Notes: generated from the letters alone by a model not told the origin. Shown: positions 8,374-17,297, counted from the first letter of the stretch. The stretch is 64,000 bases of DNA from an uncultured Mycoplasmatota bacterium (GCA_913056275.1 CAJXLP010000005.1:1027-65026); one strand, 5' to 3'. Translations and numbers: made by a program.

Positions 8374-8401
8374 AAAAAAGACACATTTTGTGTCTTTTTT
8401 C
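8374..8401 (+). terminator. intrinsic terminator
   Basis: AAAAAAGACAC-ATTTT-GTGTCTTTTTT hairpin with a T-run, 127 nt after the stop of regulator A. Confidence 0.7.
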
Positions 8402-8492
8402 TTTGTTTACACCTTTTCTTGAGTCGATTTAAAGGATAAAATAGCTCTCAAAAGGGCATTATTTTGTATACTAGATGCATGAGGACTATGCT

Positions 8493-9716
8493 ATGAATCC
8501 ATCAACGCTTGGAACGAGTTTACATTTTTTACGCATTTTAAAGGCGAAATCATTAAGAGATGTGGCTGAGATACTTGGCCGATCTCATACTTTTTTGGCT
8601 CGGGTAGAAAACGGTGAGTTATCCATCTCCCAGGATGATTTGACTCGATTGAATCAAGTGTATGGGACATCATTACGTTTAGCCGTTTCACATAACGATG
8701 GGTGGCATGAATGGATTGAGGCTGTATATCAAGATTTTTTAAATGGTGATTTGAACGCGTTCTATGGGCATCAGGCAACGCTGCAATCATACGCCCAACG
8801 CGTATTGAATGGTCCACTTCATTTTCAATATCATGCGATGCATTGGGTGCTCTGCGTTATGACCCGGTCAGCCAATACAGTACGCGTTTTAAAGATGGAA
8901 CCAGTGTTCTCTAAACTGACGGAAAAAACAAGGGGCCCGCTTGGCTTTTTATTACGCATGACCTTATTTAGAGTTGCCTATCGGACGTGGCAACTCAAAT
9001 CAGCCAACGCCTGGTTGGATGATGCGGTGAAAATTGTGGCACACCCCCATTTAAAAGCCGTGATTCAGTTACAAAAAGCCGAAATTGGCTTTCATCGCTA
9101 TAATCGACAAGGTGCCTTAAAAGTCAACAAAGAGGCGCATCAAACCTTTGGCTTTTTTAACAACGTCTTACGTCGAGCGGAAGCAGAAATTCGGTCGGAA
9201 CTGTATAAAAAGCGCCAATTAAAAAGTGATGAGGTCGATTACGCGTCACTTAAAGATAAAGCAAAGACGTTTCTTCTGCCTAATCTCTATGATGAAATTG
9301 TTGTGACTGAAGGACTAAGAGCTCAACATTTAGGGTTTTTAGACCGAGCCACCCACTTGTTAGGGCGTTTACCAGCTGCACATCCGCAATATTATTTTTA
9401 CCAGGCAATGAATTATCACGTGAGAGCCGATTATCACGCACTAACAGATCATTTGAAAACTCCACCAAAAGACTACGTGATTCCGGTAGTTTTCCAGCAC
9501 GGTTTAGAATTTCTCAAAGCCGTGGTGGAAGCCTCCCAACCGGACGTTATTGAGCGGCACTTACTGGCCTATTTGGATGCTGCACTCGATCAGCAACTAT
9601 ACGGTGAAACGCGTTGGGCCCAGTTGGAATTATCTAAATTATATGAACAAACGCGGCGCTATAAAGCAGCCACTCAGATGGTTGAAAAAATTACTAATAC
9701 GATTATGCAGGCATAA
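8493..9716 (+). CDS. XRE-HTH plus long helical domain transcriptional regulator, paralogue B
   Basis: LGTSLHFLRILKAKSLRDVAEILGRSHTFLARVENGELSISQDDLTRLNQVYG HTH_3 pattern. GAGG lies 9 nt before the ATG at 8493. Confidence 0.7.
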   Translation: MNPSTLGTSLHFLRILKAKSLRDVAEILGRSHTFLARVENGELSISQDDLTRLNQVYGTSLRLAVSHNDGWHEWIEAVYQDFLNGDLNAFYGHQATLQSYAQRVLNGPLHFQYHAMHWVLCVMTRSANTVRVLKMEPVFSKLTEKTRGPLGFLLRMTLFRVAYRTWQLKSANAWLDDAVKIVAHPHLKAVIQLQKAEIGFHRYNRQGALKVNKEAHQTFGFFNNVLRRAEAEIRSELYKKRQLKSDEVDYASLKDKAKTFLLPNLYDEIVVTEGLRAQHLGFLDRATHLLGRLPAAHPQYYFYQAMNYHVRADYHALTDHLKTPPKDYVIPVVFQHGLEFLKAVVEASQPDVIERHLLAYLDAALDQQLYGETRWAQLELSKLYEQTRRYKAATQMVEKITNTIMQA

Positions 9717-9717
9717 A

Positions 9718-9742
9718 AAAAGCCTCTTATGAAGAGGCTTTT
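9718..9742. terminator. bidirectional terminator hairpin
   Basis: AAGCCTCTT-ATG-AAGAGGCTT perfect 9-bp stem flanked by an A-run and Ts. It contains the stop codon of the minus-strand gene. Confidence 0.65.
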
Positions 9743-10224
9743 GAATCAAATTTTACTTCACATACCGTATGTTGAATGCGGTGCAGGACAAATCCTAAAC
9801 CAACAAACATCAAGGCAAGTAAAATCAATTTCCAGGCTAAGTTACCAAACGGTAAAACAAGCGGGGTGAAGGCAATCCCGATTGCGCCTAGGAAAGTGAT
9901 GACACACGGTGCACACCCAAACGTTAAGAGTCCAAAAATGAACGAGAAGAAGGGAATGGCATTGCCCCCTGCGGGTTCAGTTTTAGTCAGACTGAGTTGA
10001 ATCTGGGAGAATGACAACATCACCGTGACGACGAATGATACCACGAGATTCGTCAGTTGATGAATAACGATTAAACCTGTCGATAATTCTTGACCCATCG
10101 CTTGGAAACTTCCGTACCATAAGTAATCTAAAAATAGATATAAGCCGTACATGAAGGCCCACATAATCGCAAATAGTCCAATAAATTTTTGTTCTTTTTG
10201 TTTCTCAAGTACTAAAGTTAGCAT
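9727..10224 (-). CDS. polytopic membrane protein of unknown function with an intramembrane CxxC
   Basis: Four to five hydrophobic segments and the motif FGCAPCVITFLGAIG. The ATG at 10224 is preceded by AGGTG with 6-nt spacing. Confidence 0.55.
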   Translation of the reverse strand: MLTLVLEKQKEQKFIGLFAIMWAFMYGLYLFLDYLWYGSFQAMGQELSTGLIVIHQLTNLVVSFVVTVMLSFSQIQLSLTKTEPAGGNAIPFFSFIFGLLTFGCAPCVITFLGAIGIAFTPLVLPFGNLAWKLILLALMFVGLGFVLHRIQHTVCEVKFDSKASS

Positions 10225-10293
10225 ACATATCACCTACAAATATCATACCATAGCTCCCCGTCAAATAAAGTCAAACGCTTGGAGATAGTTTTT

Positions 10294-11514
10294 ATGCGAA
10301 TTAATCAACTTATCCAGTATTATCGATTGCGTCACATGCAAACCATCAAAGAGCTTGCAGAGACGTTAAATGTGACCGCGCGCACGCTCTCGAGCATCGA
10401 AAAAGGCACCAAACCTTCGCAAAAAACGTGGGAAAAAATCATCCGTGTGATTCCTTATCAGGCGTTCAGTGACGTGGAAAGTGAAGCGCTTCAAATGGCG
10501 TTGAATCAATTTTTTAAAGCCATCTTATACGTGGAGTATGACGCGGCCACCACGCAGTTTCATCAGTTAAATGACGCGAACCTCTCACAGTCAACATTTG
10601 TCATTCCTTGGACGCTTTATCAATACATGTTTGCCATCCATACGCAGTATGCTGGATTGGACCTCGATGAACTTGATCATGAATTGGAACTATTAGTTCC
10701 GTATATGACAGACGCTGAACGCGATATTTACACCGTTGAGCGTGCTGGATACTTTTTTGTGAAGGGTCAATTATCGGAGAGTTTGAAACACGGAGAACGT
10801 GTGTTAAAGAGCGTGGATAATCGCCATTTAAAAGCCATCAATTTATTTTTAATCGGAGCCACTGGGATTAACGAAGTTGGCCGCATCGAAGCATCCATCC
10901 ATTACTTAGAAGAAGCAGAGGCCATCTTTTTAGAATTTGCCAATTACCGAAGAGCTAGACGGTGCCAAGCCTTTCAACTGATCGGCATGGTCCACGGCCA
11001 TCGCTACAGTGAAGTATTGCCCCATTATCACGCCTTAAAAAGCGCTCCCGTCAGTGAACAAGGCAATGCTCAACTTGATGCATTCATCGAAGGCACACTG
11101 GCCCGCTATTACGCGTTCATTGAAGATTACGATCAAGCCTACAGCGTGCTATCACAGATCACGTATCAATCATCAACGAATTTCTTTCTAATGCTTTATA
11201 CGATGTATCAAACGGCCCATCAATCAGAACTTTTAACCCACATAAACCTGCTTGAATCATGGGCCGAACCCATTAACAATCCGGTTCACCGGCGCTGCGC
11301 GTACGCCTTGAAAAGTTGGTTGAAAGCCGCAGATATCAGCCATTTTGCTTCCAATTTAAAAGCGGCGTTTGAAGCCGCACTTAAAACAAATGATTATCTC
11401 TCCATTATGTTGACGTCAAAAGTCGCCATCGACGCATTAAAAAACGCCAAACGATACAAAGAAGCGTACCATTTGGCGAATCAGAAATTAGCCATTTTAA
11501 GAGAAAATACTTAA
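10294..11514 (+). CDS. XRE-HTH plus long helical domain transcriptional regulator, paralogue C
   Basis: INQLIQYYRLRHMQTIKELAETLNVTARTLSSIEKGTKPS HTH_3 pattern. GGAG lies 10 nt before the ATG at 10294. Confidence 0.7.
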   Translation: MRINQLIQYYRLRHMQTIKELAETLNVTARTLSSIEKGTKPSQKTWEKIIRVIPYQAFSDVESEALQMALNQFFKAILYVEYDAATTQFHQLNDANLSQSTFVIPWTLYQYMFAIHTQYAGLDLDELDHELELLVPYMTDAERDIYTVERAGYFFVKGQLSESLKHGERVLKSVDNRHLKAINLFLIGATGINEVGRIEASIHYLEEAEAIFLEFANYRRARRCQAFQLIGMVHGHRYSEVLPHYHALKSAPVSEQGNAQLDAFIEGTLARYYAFIEDYDQAYSVLSQITYQSSTNFFLMLYTMYQTAHQSELLTHINLLESWAEPINNPVHRRCAYALKSWLKAADISHFASNLKAAFEAALKTNDYLSIMLTSKVAIDALKNAKRYKEAYHLANQKLAILRENT

Positions 11515-11990
11515 GCGGCTAACGCGACTTTAATGTCATCGGTCAGTTTTTCTGGAGCGACCTGTGGCGCGTAGCGTTTTAATACCGTTCCGTCTTTCCC
11601 GATTAAAAACTTCGTAAAGTTCCATTTAATATCCCGGCCAAGTAGGCCTTTTTTTTCGCGCTTCAAATAGGTGTAAAGCGGTGCTTCTTGAGCGCCATTT
11701 ACGTCGATTTTGGCAAACAGCGGGAATGTGACTCCAAAATTGACTTGGCACGCTTTTGCCACGTCATCGTTGCTGCCGGGTTCTTGATTTTTGAATTGAT
11801 TCGAGGGAAAGCCCAAGACACTTAAGCCCTCGTCCTTGAAAGATTGATGGAGGGTTTCTAAGCCTTCAAATTGGCCCGCTAGTCCGCATTTAGTCGCCGT
11901 ATTTACGACGAGTACAACCTGGCCTTCATAGTCAGTAAACGGTTTATCTTCGCCGTTGATCAGGGGCATTTTAAATGTGTAAAAACTCAT
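11511..11990 (-). CDS. glutathione peroxidase (Cys-type)
   Basis: Motifs NTATKCG, FPSNQF and WNFTKFL. Confidence 0.85.
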   Translation of the reverse strand: MSFYTFKMPLINGEDKPFTDYEGQVVLVVNTATKCGLAGQFEGLETLHQSFKDEGLSVLGFPSNQFKNQEPGSNDDVAKACQVNFGVTFPLFAKIDVNGAQEAPLYTYLKREKKGLLGRDIKWNFTKFLIGKDGTVLKRYAPQVAPEKLTDDIKVALAA

Positions 11991-12634
11991 GCCCCGTAGA
12001 CTTTCTTGTAATCGTTTAAGAAGGCGTCTAAGCCATTATCGGTCAGCGGGTGTTTGAAGGCTTTTTTCAAGACGGCATACGGTACAGTGGCAATGTGTGC
12101 GCCTGCTTTGATGGATGCTTGGATGTGTTCGGCATGGCGGATCGAGGCACTGATAATTTCAGAATCGAATCCGAACGTATCGATCATGTCGCGAATGTCT
12201 TCGATCAAGGCAATGCCATCCGTGCCAATGTCATCAAGGCGTCCGACAAAGGGGGAAATAAAGGTCGCCCCGGCGGTGCACGCTAATAAGGCTTGCGACA
12301 GACTAAAGACTAAAGTGACATTGGTTTTAATGCCGAGTTCGGTCAATGCTTTGGTCGCCTTGATGCCGGCTTCGGTCATCGGGATTTTAACGATCATATT
12401 GGGGTGAAGCTTGGCAATTTTTTTACCTTCTTCAACCATTCCATCGGCGTCTGTGGAAATCACTTCACCGCTAATTGGACCGTCCACCATGTCAGCGATT
12501 TGAACCAACGTTTGATTGACGTCTTTGCCTTCTTTCGCCATCAAGGTTGGGTTGGTGGTGACGCCTGATAAAATGCCGAGGTCGTTCATTTCTTTGATGT
12601 GCTCGACATTGGCCGAGTCGATAAATAATTTCAT
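11987..12634 (-). CDS. short transaldolase / fructose-6-phosphate aldolase family protein
   Basis: 215 aa. MKLFIDSAN...GVTTNPTL and a TalC/Fsa-like length. Confidence 0.85.
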   Translation of the reverse strand: MKLFIDSANVEHIKEMNDLGILSGVTTNPTLMAKEGKDVNQTLVQIADMVDGPISGEVISTDADGMVEEGKKIAKLHPNMIVKIPMTEAGIKATKALTELGIKTNVTLVFSLSQALLACTAGATFISPFVGRLDDIGTDGIALIEDIRDMIDTFGFDSEIISASIRHAEHIQASIKAGAHIATVPYAVLKKAFKHPLTDNGLDAFLNDYKKVYGA

Positions 12635-13221
12635 GCTGTATCACTCTCTTCTTCGTTAGGATTGGTAAACGTGATGGGAATTGCTCCAGGGGGAGCGGGT
12701 TTAATTTTTTCCGGGAATAAAATGCCATCTAAATGGTCGAGCTCGTGTTGGAAGACGACCGCTAAAAAGCCGGTTAACCGTAATGTCGCTTCCTTTACGG
12801 TATCGTCCATGCTGTCATAAAGCCATGTTTTGACCGTCACTTTATGATGTCTCGGGACGACCCCCTCCACCTCTCGGTCGATGCTTAAACAGCCTTCACC
12901 AGTCGGGATGTAGGTTTCTTTAACCGAATGGGACATGATGCGTGGATTAATCATTAAGTAGTCGTGCCAATCCTCGCCCGTTTCATCACTGGAGTAGATG
13001 GCCAACATGCGTTTCATGATATTGATTTGGGGCGCGGCCAGACCTACGCCTGCCCGCAGTTCGTATTCCGCGCGTAACGTGTCATCTTGCGAGGCGATCA
13101 GAAATTCACGCATCGCTTTTAACGTCTCTTTGGTCAAGTCATCCAAGGGCATATCGACCGGGTGTGAGGGGGTCTTTAAGGAAGGGTGCCCCTCCCGGAT
13201 GATATCATTCATGGTTAACAT
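12631..13221 (-). CDS. def: peptide deformylase
   Basis: The three Def motifs [13 protein letters not shown] and HELDH. GAGGTG RBS 5 nt upstream. Confidence 0.9.
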   Translation of the reverse strand: MLTMNDIIREGHPSLKTPSHPVDMPLDDLTKETLKAMREFLIASQDDTLRAEYELRAGVGLAAPQINIMKRMLAIYSSDETGEDWHDYLMINPRIMSHSVKETYIPTGEGCLSIDREVEGVVPRHHKVTVKTWLYDSMDDTVKEATLRLTGFLAVVFQHELDHLDGILFPEKIKPAPPGAIPITFTNPNEEESDTA

Positions 13222-13341
13222 GCAATCACCTCTAAGATTAGTATATCAATAATCACCGATGAATATCGGTTAAATCGCGTATTTTCTTGAAGTGAAGGAC
13301 CATATTTTATATAATGAACGCGGCTTAAATAAGGAGGCTTT

Positions 13342-14463
13342 ATGATTAAAAAAATAGGGATCTTAACCGGCGGTGGTGACTGTAGTGGATTGAACGCCGT
13401 AATCAACGGGATTACAAAGGCAGCAATCACCAGTTATGGCCTGGAAGTCGTCGGGTATCTAAGGGGATATAACGGCCTGTATCATAACGATTTTATACCA
13501 CTTGATTTAAAAGCGGTATCGGGCATTATGCACGAAGGTGGGACGATGTTAAAAGCGTCCAACAAAGATAACTTGTTCAACTACCGGATGGAAGATGAAG
13601 CCGGTAACGTCACCTATCAAGACGTCTCCGATGTGGCCATCGCCAACATGAAAAAAGAAGGCGTGGATGGTCTCATTATCATCGGCGGCGATGGAACACT
13701 CACAAGTGCCCGAGACTTCGCCCGCAAGGGCGTCCCAATTATTGGCGTCCCAAAAACCATCGACAACGATCTGCCCGCCACGGAAATGACATTTGGCTAT
13801 ACGACTGCTTTAGAAAACATCGTGGATGCGCTCGATAAAATTCATACCACAGCCTTTTCGCACGACCGCATCATCGTCGTCGAAGTAATGGGTCGCCATA
13901 CGGGATGGCTGGCCTTAGAAGGCGGCATCGCTGGCAGTGCAGATGTCATTTTAATCCCGGAAATTCCCTATGATATTGATAAAGTCGTTGATAAAATTAA
14001 AAATCGGATTTCTGGGGGCCGTGAGTTTTCCATCATCGTGGTGAGCGAAGGCGCCGTGCCTAAAGACGGCGATGTTCACGTCCGTGAATTGATCGAAGAT
14101 TCTGCCGATAACGTCCGCTTAGGTGGCGTCGGGGACGTGGTGTCTCGGCAAATCGCCGAACGCATCAAAGACTACGAAGTGCGCTATACCAACCTCTCTT
14201 ACATTCAGCGCGGTGGCATTGCGGCACAGTTTGACCGGGAAATCGGCTTACGCTTTGGTGTCCATGCCTTAGAATCCATCATGTCCGGGGAACACGGCGT
14301 CATGGTCCGCTACAGCGCTGGTCAAGTCGACACGATTAGTTTAGAAGATGTCGTAGGTCGCGGGGAAACCGGGGAAACCTCAAAAGGTGGCGCCAAATAT
14401 GTCGACGCGAAGGGCCAAGTCGTCAACGTCGCTAAAACCATTGGCATCGCTTTTGGAGACTGA
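13342..14463 (+). CDS. pfkA: 6-phosphofructokinase
   Basis: GILTGGGDCSGLNA, IIGGDGT (the Gly-Asp-Gly form suggests ATP dependence) and EVMGRHTGWLAL. Confidence 0.85.
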   Translation: MIKKIGILTGGGDCSGLNAVINGITKAAITSYGLEVVGYLRGYNGLYHNDFIPLDLKAVSGIMHEGGTMLKASNKDNLFNYRMEDEAGNVTYQDVSDVAIANMKKEGVDGLIIIGGDGTLTSARDFARKGVPIIGVPKTIDNDLPATEMTFGYTTALENIVDALDKIHTTAFSHDRIIVVEVMGRHTGWLALEGGIAGSADVILIPEIPYDIDKVVDKIKNRISGGREFSIIVVSEGAVPKDGDVHVRELIEDSADNVRLGGVGDVVSRQIAERIKDYEVRYTNLSYIQRGGIAAQFDREIGLRFGVHALESIMSGEHGVMVRYSAGQVDTISLEDVVGRGETGETSKGGAKYVDAKGQVVNVAKTIGIAFGD

Positions 14464-14704
14464 GTTTCACTATCCTTTTGATTTCTCGCTGTACACCCAG
14501 GAAGAGATTACGCAACTGATCGATGCGGTTCATTATTTTGAACGCGCCAAAGACGGCCCGCTCGATCCGCCTCGCTTAAAAAAGTGGATTGCAACGTACC
14601 GTTCAATCATATCCAACCGAGCCGAAGAAAAACGACTCGATGCCATTTTTCAAAACGAACTTGGCTTTACGGTCTATGCGTTAAATAAAAAAGTGCGTGA
14701 ATAA
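14399..14704 (+). CDS. UPF0223 (YktA-like) family protein; start uncertain
   Basis: FHYPFDFSLYTQEEITQLIDAVHYFERA...SNRAEEKRLDAIFQNELGFTVYALNK resembles the YktA family. The ATG at 14399 follows GGTGG by 8 nt but overlaps pfkA by 65 nt. TTG codons at 14441 and 14453 are alternative starts. Confidence 0.5.
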   Translation: MSTRRAKSSTSLKPLASLLETEFHYPFDFSLYTQEEITQLIDAVHYFERAKDGPLDPPRLKKWIATYRSIISNRAEEKRLDAIFQNELGFTVYALNKKVRE

Positions 14705-14718
14705 TTCACGCACTTTTT
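14693..14718. terminator. bidirectional terminator built from the ends of two convergent genes
   Basis: GTGCGTGAAT-A-ATTCACGCAC palindrome (14693..13) followed by TTTTT. It contains the stop codons of both 14399..14704 (+) and 14706..15839 (-). Confidence 0.6.
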
Positions 14719-15839
14719 GCATACTCTTCAATGGTGTGAACGAGGGTCGCCATGTCCGCGTCGGTTAAATCTGGAGAAAATGAAATCCGTAGACTGCCAT
14801 TGACGCGGGCCTCATCGTCTGGAAACATTGCCCGTAAGACATGCGAGGCATGCATGCTGTCGGCATCACACGCACTACCTAGTGAGACATAAATGTCTTC
14901 ACTGTTCAAAGCGAACCGGAGGTCGATGGCATCGAGTCCTGGAAACGCTAGGTTTAAAGTGCCTAGTATGCGCGACCCATCTAGGGCTGGGCCGTTAATT
15001 TTATAGTTTAAACTGGACGCGTCCAATTTTTCAATTAATGTGTGCGCAAGATGATCGATTTTGGCGTGCCATTCTGTCCGGTTGGCTTCGGTGATTTCTA
15101 AGGCTTTTAAAAACCCTCGCGCAAAACTAAGATTTTGTGTCCCTGCCCGTAAACGATGCTCTTGAGATCCCCCAACGGTATGGGGTTTTAAACTATCCAA
15201 GTCTTTGATGTAGGTGAGACCAATGCCTTTTGGCCCGAAAAACTTGTGGGCACTAAACGTTGCAAAGTCACACCCTAAATCCTTTAAGTTGGCTTTCGCG
15301 TGCATCGGGACTTGCACCATGTCAAAGTGCACCAAAGCCCCATAGCGATGAGCGAGGTCACGAATGGCATGGACATCTTGAATGGCGCCTGTTTCATTGT
15401 TGGTATGTAGAATACTAACCAATGAGGTGGGGGCTTTTTTTAATGATGCTTCTAACTCTTTAAGGGCAATGAATCCTTCGTCATTGACGTCCAAGTACGT
15501 CACGTTTGCGCCGCGCTCTTCGAGGGCTTTAAACGTATTTAATACCGAGCTGTGTTCGGTGGCTGTGGTAATCATTTGGGTATGAGGATGTTTGAAGTAG
15601 CGTCCTTGAATGACAATGTTATTGGCTTCGGTGCCTGAAGAATTAAAGATCAAATTCTTTTTGGACACTTCAAAAATATCGGCAATGGCATCTTTGGTGG
15701 CATTCCACTCTCGAGTCGCTTTAAATCCAAGTTCATGGACGCTGGATGGATTGCCTTTTGTAGCGCCTAAAGAATCTTGGATGACTTGGATGACGTCGGG
15801 ATGAATAAACGTTGTCGCCGCATTATCAAGATAAATCAT
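14706..15839 (-). CDS. cysteine desulfurase (class V aminotransferase, NifS/IscS-like)
   Basis: MIYLDNAATT N-terminus, PLP-lysine motif SAHKFFGPKGIG, and active-site region SLGSACD. The ATG at 15839 lies 1 nt after the upstream stop; 15881 is an alternative start. Confidence 0.8.
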   Translation of the reverse strand: MIYLDNAATTFIHPDVIQVIQDSLGATKGNPSSVHELGFKATREWNATKDAIADIFEVSKKNLIFNSSGTEANNIVIQGRYFKHPHTQMITTATEHSSVLNTFKALEERGANVTYLDVNDEGFIALKELEASLKKAPTSLVSILHTNNETGAIQDVHAIRDLAHRYGALVHFDMVQVPMHAKANLKDLGCDFATFSAHKFFGPKGIGLTYIKDLDSLKPHTVGGSQEHRLRAGTQNLSFARGFLKALEITEANRTEWHAKIDHLAHTLIEKLDASSLNYKINGPALDGSRILGTLNLAFPGLDAIDLRFALNSEDIYVSLGSACDADSMHASHVLRAMFPDDEARVNGSLRISFSPDLTDADMATLVHTIEEYAKSA

Positions 15840-15840
15840 T

Positions 15841-16119
15841 TTAAGTGCGCTTTCTGATGACGAGTTCACTGGCATGATCAAAATCCAGCCACGCCATCAA
15901 GTCGGGATGAGTGTCACTCGTCAGTTCGCCGTCAAAATGCGCGAGCATCTCTTTGACGAGCATGCGTTTGATTTGGGAGAGTTGGATGGCGCACGGTTCA
16001 TCGTCTCCAAATAGTTCTTGGCCTTTCGCCTGAATGATTTGGGATTTGAACGGGAGCGTCAACATTTTTCCTTTAAAAATGGACGTGCCGAGGTGGAAGA
16101 CCTCGATTTTCGGATTCAT
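15841..16119 (-). CDS. hypothetical 92-aa protein, translationally adjacent to the cysteine desulfurase
   Basis: ORF only, with a GGAGG-like RBS (AGGAGGCATGC) upstream. I recognise no motif. Confidence 0.4.
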   Translation of the reverse strand: MNPKIEVFHLGTSIFKGKMLTLPFKSQIIQAKGQELFGDDEPCAIQLSQIKRMLVKEMLAHFDGELTSDTHPDLMAWLDFDHASELVIRKRT

Positions 16120-16136
16120 GCATGCCTCCTAGAATA

Positions 16137-17297
16137 TTAAAACGCTGTGGTGATAAAGTAGATTGCCATGGCGAGGAAAAAGCCGGCGGTTAAAATTTTA
16201 ATGGTCGCTAAGTGCTCACTGACGAATGTGGCAATGCCTTCAGTACTTCTAGAGCGAACGGCAATGACACTAATGGCAATGAGTGGGGTAATAAACAATA
16301 CGTTAAATACGAGTAAGTAGACGATGCCGGTTACCGGTGCCGTTGAGCGGATGGACAGTAAAATCAGTCCATACACTTGCCCCGTACAGGCGGCTTCGGT
16401 AATGGCGATGACGACACCTATCATAAAGGGGATGGCGATTAAAAGCCACCGTTTTTCTTTCTTTTCTGTATCTAAAGTGTCTGTGAAGCGCTCCATGAAG
16501 CGCCGGTTAAATTTTTTAATTCGGCTGGGAAGTTGATTTTTGATGTTGCCATAGTCTTGGCGTCTCGCCGCTAAATAGTCGTTGAACGTCAAGATAGCTA
16601 AACCAAGGCTCAAAGCGGCAAATAGCACGTATAAGACGACTTGAACGGCACTGATTTGAGCGGCAAACTGGCGCATGAGTCCAAGCAAGGCAAAGCCAAT
16701 CAAGAAATAGGTCACAAAAATACCCAATATATAGGACAAGCTAACTTTGATGAGAACGTCTTGTTTTTTAATCGGGCTGACGATTGAGACAAACATTAAT
16801 AACATGGCAATGGCACAGGGATTAATACTATCTAAAAGTCCAGCAGCCATCACACTCAGTAGGCCTGTCCATCCACTCAATCCTTGATAGTCATCCGGAA
16901 CATCGAGGAGTGGATCATTCGCCGCAGCGACTAACGAGCCGTCTTCGAAGGCGTCAATAATATCGGAGGCCCCCGCAAAGTAGGTGGACCCTGCAAACAT
17001 CAATGGCGTGAACCGGTCGCGCGCTGAGACTCCGTAAAAATCGCTGTAGCGTGCGAGGTCTTCAATGGCCGCTGATTCTTGCATGTCTTTAATAATGACA
17101 GTCACACCGGCAGCCTCTAAGTCGTTTAAAACACCGGCCTCATCCACGGCTTGGCAGCCGGTGCAGAGTTCTTCATAAAAATAGACAATGGTGGCTTGGT
17201 TGGCATATAAGGGCCGGCTCAATGTGAAAAGCGGACTCACAATGAGCCCGAAAACCATGCTTATTTTTACCCATTTAAGCAGCCAATTTTTCCACAT
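16137..17297 (-). CDS. membrane protein: extracytoplasmic thioredoxin/glutaredoxin-like CxxC domain fused to a CcdA/DsbD-type transmembrane electron-transfer domain
   Basis: N-terminal TM segment, then VYFYEELCTGCQAV. The polytopic part has LDSINPCAIAML and ITEAACTGQVY, the two conserved Cys-bearing helices of the DsbD/CcdA family. The ATG at 17297 has AAGGA upstream and a TATAAT (17322..17327, minus strand) further up. Confidence 0.6.
   Translation of the reverse strand: MWKNWLLKWVKISMVFGLIVSPLFTLSRPLYANQATIVYFYEELCTGCQAVDEAGVLNDLEAAGVTVIIKDMQESAAIEDLARYSDFYGVSARDRFTPLMFAGSTYFAGASDIIDAFEDGSLVAAANDPLLDVPDDYQGLSGWTGLLSVMAAGLLDSINPCAIAMLLMFVSIVSPIKKQDVLIKVSLSYILGIFVTYFLIGFALLGLMRQFAAQISAVQVVLYVLFAALSLGLAILTFNDYLAARRQDYGNIKNQLPSRIKKFNRRFMERFTDTLDTEKKEKRWLLIAIPFMIGVVIAITEAACTGQVYGLILLSIRSTAPVTGIVYLLVFNVLFITPLIAISVIAVRSRSTEGIATFVSEHLATIKILTAGFFLAMAIYFITTAF

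Noticed and set aside
5957-10249. Shared 9-mer TATCATACC upstream of the hydrolase-regulator A operon (5957..5965) and upstream of regulator C (10241..10249), with ATCATAC also upstream of regulator E (62867..). It was considered as a common operator.
   Set aside because: TATCAT is itself a good -10 hexamer; at regulator C it sits 17 nt after TTAGCA. The match is short with no dyad symmetry, so it more likely reflects promoter elements than a dedicated operator. It is worth a motif search, but the sequence alone does not support it.
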